NCBI GenBank assembly: GCA_963699755.1
Contig: CAVOVB010000003.1
Coordinates: 32,001-96,000 of the forward strand
Length of the DNA: 64,000 nucleotides
From: an uncultured delta proteobacterium
GTDB taxonomy: Bacteria > Myxococcota_A > Polyangia > Polyangiales > Houyiibacteriaceae
Direction: 5' to 3'
Positions 9,633 through 19,292 of this stretch are shown here, piece after piece (position 1 is the stretch's first letter; every line of letters starts with the position of its first letter). The position numbers and the translations under genes were made by a program. The notes under the pieces were generated by a model. The model ran no database searches. It was not told where the DNA came from and saw nothing but the letters and a program-made list of their open reading frames with translations.

Positions 9633-11033
9633 TTAGCTCTCGGTAGGCTCGCCAGAGCGGCGAGCGAGCACCTCGACGCGCAGGCCTTTGGGTTGTGTGA
9701 AGGGCCGCGCCACCGCACGGACCTTTCGCCCGACAGGCACGACCTGCAGGTCAAACATATTCACCCAGTAGGAAACCATCTCGACGGCCACCAGCTCCCC
9801 AAGTATGGCACCGGTGCAGCGGTGGCTGCCGCTGCCGAATGGGAGCACCCGTCGCCTCAGAGGACCCGACTGCGGTGCAAAATAGCGCGTTGGATCGAAC
9901 TCGTTCGGACGCTCAAAGACTGCCTCGTTGAGATGGTCGCCCGCGATCACGACCAGGACCTCGTCACCCTTGCGAATCGAGTAGCCAGCGAATTCGAAGT
10001 CCCGATCAGCGACACGAAGGACCGCCGTACCAGGTGGGTTCAGCCGCACGGCCTCGAGGAATGCTGCGCGGAGATACTTCTGCTTGGCCGGCGCGACCGG
10101 GCCGGAGGACTCGCGAGATAGCCTTTCGAACTCCCGCCTGATCTGAGCCAGGTGCTCCGGGTGGGTGAGGAGCTGGTAGAGGAGAAAGGAAGAGGCCGAC
10201 GCGACGGTATCGAATCCGGCGAGGTAGGCGCTGTAAGGCACTGCGATGAGATCGCGATCCTCCCAGCGCTCCCGCCCGATGGGAGGTTCGAGATCGAGGT
10301 AGCGCCCCACCAGCGTGGTCGCGGCGCGCTCGGGGCTGGAGCGAATCCGGGCGACCAGGTCCAAGAAATGCGAACGCATGCGCTTCTGGACCGACCTGTA
10401 AACGGGATTGCGCAAGACCCATGCGGGCGCGTGCCCGAACGTGGCCCAGATCAGGGTGTGCACCACCAGCGCCAGTTCCTTCTTGCTAAATGGAAAGGGC
10501 TCGCCATTCAGGAGAACCGACAGGACGTCGACCGTTTGAACCTGGGCTTCATGAAGCACGTCCACTTGATCTCCGGCGCGCCATCCAGCGGTGTGCTCAG
10601 CGAGGCGGCTTTGGATGTCGACCCGGCGCTTCGCCTCCAAGCTCGCGGTCATGAACTCGAGATGCGCTTTGCGAAACATCCGGTGCTGCGGGCCGTCGAA
10701 GGTGCTGGGGAGACAACTGCCGAGCTCCGCGTCGAGCACGTGCATGGACTTGCTCGTCCGCAAGCAGCTTCCGGCTTCGAGCAGGTCGATGGCCTCGGGT
10801 CCAAACAGGCAGGTCATCTCGTTGTTCAGCATGCGGAGACGAAAGGCATCCCCGTAGATGGAGCGACTCTCCATGAGGAATGGGAGAACGTCTCCGAGGA
10901 ACTGCCGGAGCGGGCCGATGAACGGGAACGACTTCACGATCGGCGGGCGGCGTTTCTCGGTTGGGTGGGGTGTGCCGGGCAGAGCCGACTCACTTGCGGT
11001 CGTCGCGGTCATGGAAAGGCTCCCGTCGGGCAC
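9633..11033 (-). CDS. Cytochrome P450 (start may be 11012)
   Basis: AGFDT I-helix, EAVR (ExxR), PFGSGSHRCTG heme-binding motif. Confidence 0.93.
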   Translation of the reverse strand: MPDGSLSMTATTASESALPGTPHPTEKRRPPIVKSFPFIGPLRQFLGDVLPFLMESRSIYGDAFRLRMLNNEMTCLFGPEAIDLLEAGSCLRTSKSMHVLDAELGSCLPSTFDGPQHRMFRKAHLEFMTASLEAKRRVDIQSRLAEHTAGWRAGDQVDVLHEAQVQTVDVLSVLLNGEPFPFSKKELALVVHTLIWATFGHAPAWVLRNPVYRSVQKRMRSHFLDLVARIRSSPERAATTLVGRYLDLEPPIGRERWEDRDLIAVPYSAYLAGFDTVASASSFLLYQLLTHPEHLAQIRREFERLSRESSGPVAPAKQKYLRAAFLEAVRLNPPGTAVLRVADRDFEFAGYSIRKGDEVLVVIAGDHLNEAVFERPNEFDPTRYFAPQSGPLRRRVLPFGSGSHRCTGAILGELVAVEMVSYWVNMFDLQVVPVGRKVRAVARPFTQPKGLRVEVLARRSGEPTES

Positions 11034-11038
11034 TCATT

Positions 11039-11074
11039 GTAACAGTCGTTAGGATAGAACCTAACGCTTGTTAC
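11039..11074. promoter_or_regulatory. Double TetR-type operator between P450 and TetR
   Basis: GTAACAGTCGTTAGG-ATAGAA-CCTAACGCTTGTTAC: two TAAC-N4-GTTA palindromes that are also an inverted pair (13/15). Confidence 0.7.
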
Positions 11075-11136
11075 GTTAATATTCAAAGCAATTCTCTCGT
11101 CGGCGTTCAGCCGCTGGAGTAGGTCTCGTGAGGACG

Positions 11137-11748
11137 ATGACAGACGCCGCCACTCGACAACGCCTGCTGAGCGAGGCCGCTTACCAGTTCGCTCGCTTTG
11201 GCTACGATGCCGCGTCGTTGCGCAAGATCGCCGAGCGGGTCGGGATCCGCGCGGCGACGGTTTACAGCCACTTCCCGGAGGGCAAGGCCCAGCTCTACGA
11301 GGAGATCCTGGCGACGGTATCGTCGACGCTCACCAAGCGGATCGCCCATCGCTACGGGCAGAACACAGGACTGTCGGCGGAGGACGTGATCGTTCAGATG
11401 TGCGCCGCGTTCTGGGACTTCTGCGAGGAGCACCCCGACTACGCAACCCTGTTGCTGCGCGAGACCTTCGACGCCGACAACTCTACGCTGGTGGGCGAGG
11501 GGGGACCGGCGCGCGAGGTCGTTGCGGCCTGCATCGGTTATGTCGAGGCGGCGCAGGCTCGAAGCGAGCTGCCCGCCTTCGACGTGGAGGCGTTTTCTCT
11601 CTGGGTGGCGAGCTACATGCTCAGCTACCACGGCGCGCCGGGGCTGAGGAGCAACCTGCAGCGACGGCCTTGGAGCCCGAAGCGCGCGCGAGAACAGTTC
11701 GTGGCCATGGTGAAGAACTTGCTGCAAAGTGCGATGGGCGGCGGCTGA
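11137..11748 (+). CDS. TetR/AcrR family transcriptional regulator
   Basis: TRQRLLSEAAYQFARFGYDAASLRKIAERVGIRAATVYSHF HTH; divergent from P450. Confidence 0.92.
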   Translation: MTDAATRQRLLSEAAYQFARFGYDAASLRKIAERVGIRAATVYSHFPEGKAQLYEEILATVSSTLTKRIAHRYGQNTGLSAEDVIVQMCAAFWDFCEEHPDYATLLLRETFDADNSTLVGEGGPAREVVAACIGYVEAAQARSELPAFDVEAFSLWVASYMLSYHGAPGLRSNLQRRPWSPKRAREQFVAMVKNLLQSAMGGG

Positions 11749-12131
11749 GGCGAATGCTCGGGGAACGACGCTGACCGGGATGACGAATGAGCCGCGGGGC
11801 TGTTTTGAAGCTCGGCTCCTCGGCGACACGCCCTAAGGAGGAGAGTTGGATGACGAAGGCAGAGCAGGTTCGGCTTGCGCGACACCGCGGGTTCGGAAGC
11901 TCTGAACTCATTTGCAATCGAGATCTTTCCGGTTGCGCGGCGATAGAGCGTGACTTCGACCCCCTCGATGTGTCGCGCTCCGCGAACGGCGACTGACCGA
12001 GCATCCCCGCATCGAGCGACGCTGCCTGCTCGTCAAGCGCCTCCGGGAAATCACCAGGACCGCCAATGCAACGGTCGTGAGAAATCTCGCCATGGAATGC
12101 TCACGGCGCAAAGGGCGTCAGGCGAGCACTG

Positions 12132-13178
12132 TCACTGACCCCCTTGGGAGGCGCGATCATACATCTCCTTGATGGAGGGATCTCTGCCTCCGCGGTCGTA
12201 GATGCCATCCAACGTGATCTGCGCGATGCGGGGGCCGTCTTCTGTCATGGTCACCCAGAGGATGTGGTCCACGTTGCCCGGACCATCCTTGTGAAACGAG
12301 GCGCCCGTGGGACCCATGGTGATGTAGTCGCGGCCAAAACGCTCCTCGATCTCGTAGTAATGAAGATGGCCCGCGATAAACGTGTAGTTCCGGTCTTGAA
12401 GCAGTTGCTCGATGGCCAGAAAGTTCTCGGATGGGTTTTTCCACGCGGGCTCGTGCAAGAAGACCAATGTCCAGCGGACTTCAGGATGCTTGGCCAGCGT
12501 TTCCTCGACGTACGACACCTGCTCGTCGCTGAAGTTGGCGGGCTTTCCGAGAAAGCTAGCCACGCTGGCCATGAACTCGTTCAGCATCGCCTTAGCTTTC
12601 TCGGGGTCCTCCTTCTGAAGCTTGTTGTACAGCTCGATGTCTTCCTCCATGGTCTCCGGCGCTGGCCGTGGAGGGTCCTCGCTGTTGAGCACGAGGAAGA
12701 GCGCGTCGCCGTAGACGAAATGATAGTAGGTCGCGCCGTGTCGCTCGAGCCAGACCTGCTCCATCGTCTCGTTGCCAAGATCATGATTCCCGACCGTACG
12801 GAAGAACGGCATCTCCAACTTTGACAACATGCCGTCTACTTGCTCCCATTCTGCCGTCAGCTTTTCCTTGTCTTTGCTGTAGCCTTCAATGAGATCGCCG
12901 ACGTTGATCACGAACTCCGGTTGCACAAGGTTCAATTGCTCCATCGCTCGATCGAAGATGCCCCGGTGATCGGCACCCCCTGTGCGGTCACCAATGACCG
13001 CAAACTGAAAGTCACCTGGATTGTTCTTGAAGCTCTCTGAAGTCCATGGCTTGGCCTCAGTCAGAGCTGCCCGATCGAAATCGAACCTAGAGGCCGTTCG
13101 TGCTCCCTGTTGGTGGCAACCCAGCAGAATGAGCACCCCGGCGAGGAACACAAGAATACGCGGAGCAGGTGAACTCAT
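12132..13178 (-). CDS. Calcineurin-like metallophosphoesterase lipoprotein
   Basis: Lipobox LLGC; GDRTGG, NVGDLIEG, GNHD, FLHEP, AGHLH motifs. Confidence 0.88.
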   Translation of the reverse strand: MSSPAPRILVFLAGVLILLGCHQQGARTASRFDFDRAALTEAKPWTSESFKNNPGDFQFAVIGDRTGGADHRGIFDRAMEQLNLVQPEFVINVGDLIEGYSKDKEKLTAEWEQVDGMLSKLEMPFFRTVGNHDLGNETMEQVWLERHGATYYHFVYGDALFLVLNSEDPPRPAPETMEEDIELYNKLQKEDPEKAKAMLNEFMASVASFLGKPANFSDEQVSYVEETLAKHPEVRWTLVFLHEPAWKNPSENFLAIEQLLQDRNYTFIAGHLHYYEIEERFGRDYITMGPTGASFHKDGPGNVDHILWVTMTEDGPRIAQITLDGIYDRGGRDPSIKEMYDRASQGGQ

Positions 13179-13410
13179 GGTGGTGGACCTCAGTGGGCGG
13201 AGCATTACATACGCTGGAACGTGCGCATCCAGTCGTAGATTCGATCGACGTCGAGCTCGACTCGTTGACCTCAGGGTGCCAGGGCGATCTGAAGTCACGT
13301 GATATCGCCTGACGAACCGTGAACACGGCGATACGGGCAAATCCCCATCATGCCGAAGACTTGTGTGGTTCCCGTGTGGCGTGATGGCGTGCGAACCTGG
13401 GCCTTCGTGA

Positions 13411-13446
13411 GCTCATAACCCGAAGGTCGTCGGTTCAAATCCGGCC
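13411..13446 (+). pseudogene. Initiator tRNA-Met (CAT) fragment
   Basis: GCTCATAACCCGAAGGTCGTCGGTTCAAATCCGGCC matches the anticodon loop through T-arm of canonical bacterial tRNA-fMet; the 5' half is degenerate and the 3' CCCGCAACCA is missing. Confidence 0.85.
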
Positions 13447-13524
13447 TTGAGCATGTGCGGCCGGATCTGGGCACACTTCATGCGATTGCATGCATTGAAC
13501 TTGGTGGGTTAGAGCCCGACGCGA

Positions 13525-14300
13525 TCACTGGTCTGGACAGCCCCACCGTTCCACCATCTGACAGTCGATTTCCTTCGTGATCCGGCAGCCACTCCTGGTG
13601 ACGGAGGGAGCTTCTCGCGCATCCAGGATCACGACGGTCCCGCACCGACCGTCGGCGCGGGGCTCGATGAGGGTCGCAAACGTCAAGAATCCTGGGTCAT
13701 GCGCGTCGCCGAATTCGCGGTACTCGGTGGGCGTGCAGGCCTTTCTAGCTTTCTCGATGCAAGCCCGGTGCGCCGGGAGGACCTCGGCGTTGTCGAGCCT
13801 GTAGTCGTAGCCGTCCGGGCAGACTTGGTAGTTGAGACCTGTCTGCCGCTTGTGGGCTTCCACGACATCATCGAGCGTGGGGAGCGGACCATCGTGCCAA
13901 ACCACCGGAATCGGCTTGGGTCGGTCGAGACAGCCACGCATTTTTCGAAACGCCCGCGTGGCTTGTTGGGCCCGGGCTTGTCGACTGACAGATTCGTTGG
14001 AGTTCTTGGCAAGAACCGAGAGCATCGCGTCGGTCACCGAGGGATTGCAGGTCATATTGCTCTGAATCCCAGAGTCCGAGTCGTGCAGCAGTCGCTCGAG
14101 GACATCCACAGGCGTATTGGGATTCCCCGCAAGCGACGTTCGCGCCGATTCGTCTTCGTACATCTGCCGGAGCACCTCGGGCTCGGTCTTTGGGTTTCGC
14201 GCAACCACATTCCTGATCTGCCAATGTTCGTTGGCGCTGAGCTTCTGGAGCAGCTCGGTGGATGAGCTTCGGTTGCCCGTAATCGCGACGGCGGTACGAA
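13525..14300 (-). pseudogene. LRV/HEAT-like repeat protein with Cys-containing C-terminal domain, probably 5'-truncated
   Basis: Repeats IRNVVARNPKTEPEVL / SLAGNPNTPVDVLERL / NPSVTDAMLSVLA; no convincing start. Confidence 0.55.
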
Positions 14301-14337
14301 CGCCGATATGAAATAGGACTACCCGACGCCAAGGCCC

Positions 14338-14658
14338 GTGGGCTTTCGGGTAGTCCGATTTCATATTTGCGTTCGCGAACCAAGGCTTTCAGTCGCGCGT
14401 GTTGCGGAGCGGGTGAAGGAAGGGGGACACGATGTGCCGACTGACAAAATTCGGAAACGCCATCGCAGAAGCGCTCCTCTGATCCGACAGGCCGCGCCCC
14501 TCGCCGATGTTGCCCATGTCTACGACAACTCTTCGCTGAACCAATCGCCTCGCCGCGTGCTGTCTTTCGACAACGGAAACGTGGAGTTCATCGCTGAGGC
14601 AATCCCCGACTGGGTTCTGCGAGTTTACCGAGGGCATCGCAAATCTAAGGGCCCATGA
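14338..14658 (+). pseudogene. C-terminal half of a zeta-toxin-like/AAA P-loop protein
   Basis: LSVARVAERVKEGGHDVPTDKIRKR...VYDNS motif; the N-terminal Walker A region is missing. Confidence 0.75.
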
Positions 14659-14764
14659 CGCACCCATGCCCGCGAACCTGCTGCAACAGGCCGGTGTCAC
14701 ACCGCTTCACATCGCGTTCCCGGCCGAGCTCGCATCCCGCTGGCTGCCAGCTGTGCTTAAGCGG

Positions 14765-14836
14765 CTACGCAGCAATCACCAACTCCATCGGCACCCCAAA
14801 CTCCATCGGACGACGCTGTGCGCAACGGGCCCCCGC
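14765..14836. repeat. att-like repeat copy 4 (most diverged)
   Basis: Minus strand AGARCAQRRPMEFGVPMELVIAA*; core GGGCCCCCGC. Confidence 0.85.
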
Positions 14837-14841
14837 CTTCT

Positions 14842-15360
14842 TCATCTTGGCCGGGACTCCCTCAACTCCGCGGCTCGCGGGCTCGGCTGAGCGAGAAGCT
14901 CATCACGAATGGCGTCGAGGCCCTGCTGCAACCAGCCCTTGAAGAGCCAAGCGATTGGCATGGCCGGTAGATACGCGAAGGGGCAAGTCAGGCCGAAGGT
15001 GTAGGTCCAGACGATGCGTGTGCCGCCTTCGGTTTCGGTGAAGTCCCAGTTGCCGGTGCCGCTCCGGACCAGCAACGAGAACGGCGGCTTCACCCCGCCT
15101 GTCCAGCCATAGCGGTGCCTGACTGGCGGATCGTATTCGAGGATCGTCTCATCGAGAACGCTGTCGTCGGTCATGAAGATCCGGCGCTTCGAGCCCTTGG
15201 CGAGACTTTGCCCTTCGTGCATCTCGATCTTCCTTATCCCGGCGAACGGGCCGCGAGCGCGGATGGTGCGTGGAGCGTTGGCGCTGTCGGTGGCAAACGC
15301 GAACACCTCCTCGCGCGGGCGCGGGATCAAGACTGAAGCCGAGGTCGAGATGCTTGCCAT
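14842..15360 (-). CDS. SRPBCC/polyketide cyclase-dehydrase family protein
   Basis: SASVLIPRPREEVFAF...ETILEYDPP...GGTRIVWTYTF pattern. Confidence 0.8.
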   Translation of the reverse strand: MASISTSASVLIPRPREEVFAFATDSANAPRTIRARGPFAGIRKIEMHEGQSLAKGSKRRIFMTDDSVLDETILEYDPPVRHRYGWTGGVKPPFSLLVRSGTGNWDFTETEGGTRIVWTYTFGLTCPFAYLPAMPIAWLFKGWLQQGLDAIRDELLAQPSPRAAELRESRPR

Positions 15361-15907
15361 CGAGTGGTACGCTACCACGACACCGCGAGCCGTGGCGACC
15401 CGTCGCTTGGGTTCAGAACGCGCCCACACCAGCTCGCTGGTTTTCATACCAAGCCACAGCGAGCGCTACGGAGGCCTCCTCGAGGAACTCGAGCATCTCA
15501 GCGGTCGAGGAGCTCTTGTAGACGGCGCTGGACCTCGTTTCAGCTCACAGTCGCGGCCTCAGAAAGCTCCACGCCAATCAACGCTCGGTCTTTGGGGTCC
15601 AAGTTGAGCCTTCTTCAAGAATCTTGTCCGCAGGCCAAGCCATGGCTTCAGTCTACGCTCGGTCTTCGAAGATCGTATCCTCTATGGACCTCCGGCGGCG
15701 GCCGCGCAGATGTCGTTCGCCCACGTGTGCATGGTCACGCTGAACGGACCCGTGTACGAGCACGATGTTCATGGTGTCATTCCCGTGTGATGATTGCTTG
15801 TCCGCTGCGGTCGCACCGCCGGGCAAGTCCCGGTCGTGTTTGACGTTTCAGAATGATGACGAGTACTAGGGAAAGCCCCTCGCACACATTCGGCATTGCG
15901 ATCGGCG

Positions 15908-17494
15908 CTACAGAGCGATGTCGATCTCCCAAGTCGCCGCGGTCGTTTGGCCTGTCCAGATCTCTCCCGGGCCGATGGTGCGCTCGACTCGAAGCTCGCC
16001 GATCCCGGTCGTCTCAAAGGCAGACGGGTCCACCGCCTCCGGAAGGAAAAGCAAGAGCGCTTGGCCCGTGCTTGCGTCCTTGCCCGAGGCCGTGAATCGG
16101 CGGTTCTCGTAGTCCCATTTCACGCTTTCGATTCGGCCCGGCGCCGCCCGCAATAGGGGCCGGCGCATGACGGCGGCGAAGTCGTGGTCGAACCCGATGA
16201 TCTCGTTGCTCGGGCACTCGACCTCGTAGAAGCCCCAAAGATTGGGGTCGTCGCCCTCGTAGGCGTGATGCGGGTCGCCGCAGGCATCGCTCCACTGCCA
16301 GAGCGCGGCGCCGAAACGATACTGATCCTGAAAAGCCTCATGCTGCTGGAAATAGTCGTCTTCGGGGTCCTTGGTGCGGGCGGGGTCGGCTCCCCACTCA
16401 CCGGTCACGACCGGAACGCCACCGTACATCCTGGCCTGCTCGAGCGCGACCTCGAAGCCGCTTTCGTCTAGCGTCTCGGTGAACGTGCCCTGGTAGATGT
16501 GTGGCGCATACACCACTTGTCCGTCGTGCTCGAAGTCCGGGCGTAATGCGAGCCCCGGCACGACCACCCAGTCCGGCGACGGCTCGATGAAGAATAGGCG
16601 CTTTGGCGCACCGGCCCGCTCTTCGCCCTCGCGCACTGCGGCCAAGCCTCGCTGGTAGAATTGCGAAAGCTCCTCGGACATCTCCTCGAGCCCCTCGTCG
16701 CGAGCAAAGATCGCGAGTGCCACGGCACTCCAGGCGTTGGGCTCGTTCATGATGTCGTAGCCTGCAACGGAGTCGTGACGAGAGAACCGCGCGACTAGGT
16801 GGGTGAGCATCGCATGGTAGCGAGTCTGGATACCGACGCCGCCTGGACCCTCGGAGTCATCCCAAAATGCTTGAAACGCGGCGAGCACTGCCGGCGAGAA
16901 GAAGCGCGTGGTCGTGGTGACCCCGTCCTCGATGCAGCGTGGCCGGTCGCCGTCGAACGTGGCCCAGCCTGGCGCGCCATCCCAGCCGACCGCGGGTAAG
17001 GTTCCCTCGGGACATTCTTCGTCGGGCCGCGCTTCTAAGGTCGGCCCCCACGCATCTTCGTGGAGGTCGATGACTGTGTAAATCCCGCGGGTTTCGAGCA
17101 TGCGGACGACCGCTTCGACCTCATCGAGATAGCTTTCGTCGTACAGTCCCGGTTCCGGCTCGACGAGCGACCAGCTGACGATGAGGCGCACGAGGTTCCA
17201 GCCGATGCTTTGGATTGCGTCGGCGTCGTCCTCATCGAAGGGATGCACCGTCGGAATCTCGGGATCGAACGCGTAGTACTCGCCGAGCGCATTGACGTTG
17301 ACCCCTCGCAAGAGCACCTCGCGACCGAGTGCATCTCTGATACGGCCGCCTTCTTCGAGGTCGGACTCGGCGTGGAGTGCGCTCAGCGATCCGGTGATGA
17401 CCGCGGAGCCATCGGAGCCACAACTCGACATGCCTGCGACGGCGATGGTGAGCAATGCGCGAGCCAAGGATTCGAAGTTGCGGGAAGCACGCAT
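15908..17494 (-). CDS. GH5 endoglycoceramidase-like lipoprotein
   Basis: GREVLLRGVNV, VRLIVSWSLVEPEPG, IDLHED, YDIMNEP, YAPHIY, VTGEWG; lipobox-like MSSC. Confidence 0.85.
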   Translation of the reverse strand: MRASRNFESLARALLTIAVAGMSSCGSDGSAVITGSLSALHAESDLEEGGRIRDALGREVLLRGVNVNALGEYYAFDPEIPTVHPFDEDDADAIQSIGWNLVRLIVSWSLVEPEPGLYDESYLDEVEAVVRMLETRGIYTVIDLHEDAWGPTLEARPDEECPEGTLPAVGWDGAPGWATFDGDRPRCIEDGVTTTTRFFSPAVLAAFQAFWDDSEGPGGVGIQTRYHAMLTHLVARFSRHDSVAGYDIMNEPNAWSAVALAIFARDEGLEEMSEELSQFYQRGLAAVREGEERAGAPKRLFFIEPSPDWVVVPGLALRPDFEHDGQVVYAPHIYQGTFTETLDESGFEVALEQARMYGGVPVVTGEWGADPARTKDPEDDYFQQHEAFQDQYRFGAALWQWSDACGDPHHAYEGDDPNLWGFYEVECPSNEIIGFDHDFAAVMRRPLLRAAPGRIESVKWDYENRRFTASGKDASTGQALLLFLPEAVDPSAFETTGIGELRVERTIGPGEIWTGQTTAATWEIDIAL

Positions 17495-17892
17495 CGGGTA
17501 GCGCCTTTCATCAAAGGGCTGGTGGTAGCTAACAACGGACTCTCTTAGCGTATGGGGTGTCCTGCGCAATGGGGCCGATCGGGCGCCACGAGGCGCAATT
17601 CTTTGGCCGCGTTTGGCGCGCCAAACAGTCGTCCCATTCCTGCTCACCCAAGAGCTGGGCGAGTGGACAATCCCGCTCCGGGCGTGTGCGTTGACAAGCC
17701 TCATGCACATCCGGCGACCCGACGGTGCCTCGACGATGTGAAATCAAATGATACGACGTGACGCACTGTGGACATGGCGAAGGGACCAACGGCCGGGTCC
17801 TCATGGCGGTTTCGGAGTGATTTCGGCCTCCGCAACCGATGATGTGACGCACTTAGCGAAACCGCTAGGTACGTGGTAACCCTGGCGAACAA

Positions 17893-18738
17893 ATGACGCG
17901 CACCTCATCCATTCTCGTTTTGGCATTCGTTCTGTCGGCATGCTCTTCCTCCGTCGTCGAGAACGTGCCCGCTGACGTCAGTGGCTGGAAGACCGACTTT
18001 TTCGATGACTTCGACACGTTCAACACCGACAACTGGCAGGACCAGATCCTCTGGGTCAACAATGAAGATCAGTGCTACGTCCGCGACAATGAGTACGGGA
18101 CTCGAGAAGTCAGTGATGGCTCAATCAAGCTGAAAGTCGTGAACATCGGGGAGGCGATCGACTGCGACAACCTGAGCAAGTCTGGCGTGAAGCATCCGGA
18201 CACCCAGTACGTGGCGGGTCGTATCGCCTCGAAAAACCGCAAGGAGTTCGTCAAAGGGAGATGGACGGCCAGACTCAGGACATGGGGCAACGGAAGCCCC
18301 GGCATGTTTCCGGCATGGTGGTTACTCGGTTCGCGCAACAACGAACCCCCGGTGGAAGAGGAGGACGAGAATATTTGCTGGCCGCTGACTGGCTCGGGGG
18401 AAATCGACATCTTCGAACACTACGGCAGCGGTGGCGCCGACCACTACGTAGCCCGTGCGATCAAGCATCTGGGCAGTTGCGGCGATGGCGATTGGCGGAC
18501 ACACCAGATCGATCTGACTGCCGGCCTCGACGAGTACCACGAGTACTCGGTCGAGTGGGCGGGAAGCGATCTCGTGTACCGCATCGATGGTGTCGAGGCG
18601 GGCCGGAACAAGGGCCTTGGCGACCAGTACCCCGAGGCTCTGTTCGCCATCCTCAACTACGCCAAGATCAACAGCGCGCCGATGAGCGGCGAATGGATCA
18701 TCGAAATCGACTGGGTGAAGCACGAGTACTGGCAGTGA
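17893..18738 (+). CDS. GH16 beta-glucanase (laminarinase-like) lipoprotein
   Basis: Lipobox LSAC; FPAWWLLG, WPLTGSGEIDIFE catalytic motif. Confidence 0.9.
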   Translation: MTRTSSILVLAFVLSACSSSVVENVPADVSGWKTDFFDDFDTFNTDNWQDQILWVNNEDQCYVRDNEYGTREVSDGSIKLKVVNIGEAIDCDNLSKSGVKHPDTQYVAGRIASKNRKEFVKGRWTARLRTWGNGSPGMFPAWWLLGSRNNEPPVEEEDENICWPLTGSGEIDIFEHYGSGGADHYVARAIKHLGSCGDGDWRTHQIDLTAGLDEYHEYSVEWAGSDLVYRIDGVEAGRNKGLGDQYPEALFAILNYAKINSAPMSGEWIIEIDWVKHEYWQ

Positions 18739-19292
18739 ATCGAGAACGCCGGCCTTTTTGCCAACCGGGCCCATTCGAGGCTTAGGTCGGCTCATGCGGC
18801 CCCCCAATTGCGAATGCCAAGTGTCAACCCCATGTGCCTTTCAGAACTATTCTCCGCGCTCGACGTGGGTAGGGTTCTCAGCCCAACAGGCTTCAGGTAG
18901 AAGGCAAACAGAAGGTCTCGACCTCGGGCTCATTTTTCTGAGAACTTCGGTGTTGCTGTTTGTGGCCTCTATTCTGATTGGAAGCGGCGCTGGTCTCGCT
19001 ATCACGCCGCTGATTTCGAGACGTCGGTAGCCCCAACTAGTTGCTGATACCGGGTTTGCCGGCTTCGCGGGTTAGGAAACACCGTAGAGCTTCCTCAAGA
19101 TCGCGCTCCGGAACGAAAAGCGCTCTCGGGTGCGCCGTCCCAGGCGCGGTCTACGTTGACCTTGGCGGCCGGCACATTCTTCGAGCGTGGGAGTAGCAGA
19201 CCGTCCGCATCAAGGCCCCATCTTCCCCGCGAGCTTTACTACGCAGAAGCGGCCGAGTAGAGTCCTGCATCGGTTTTGGGGACAGAACAGCA

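Noticed and set aside
13375..13460. Intact tRNA-Met gene
   Set aside because: No acceptor stem, degenerate D-arm and broken anticodon stem; kept only as a fragment.
297..14836. The four repeats as a CRISPR array or integron attC sites
   Set aside because: Spacing is kilobases, there are no cas genes, and there is no attC-style internal palindrome with RYYYAAC/GTTRRRY ends or intI gene; conservation follows codons instead.
15570..15670. Short direct repeat ACGCTCGGTCTT x2
   Set aside because: Only two copies, with no associated gene or structure.
17873..17893. Extra ROK operator before GH16 (CGAACAAA), and a similar half site near 20714-20730
   Set aside because: Only one half-site matches; the opposite arm is missing.
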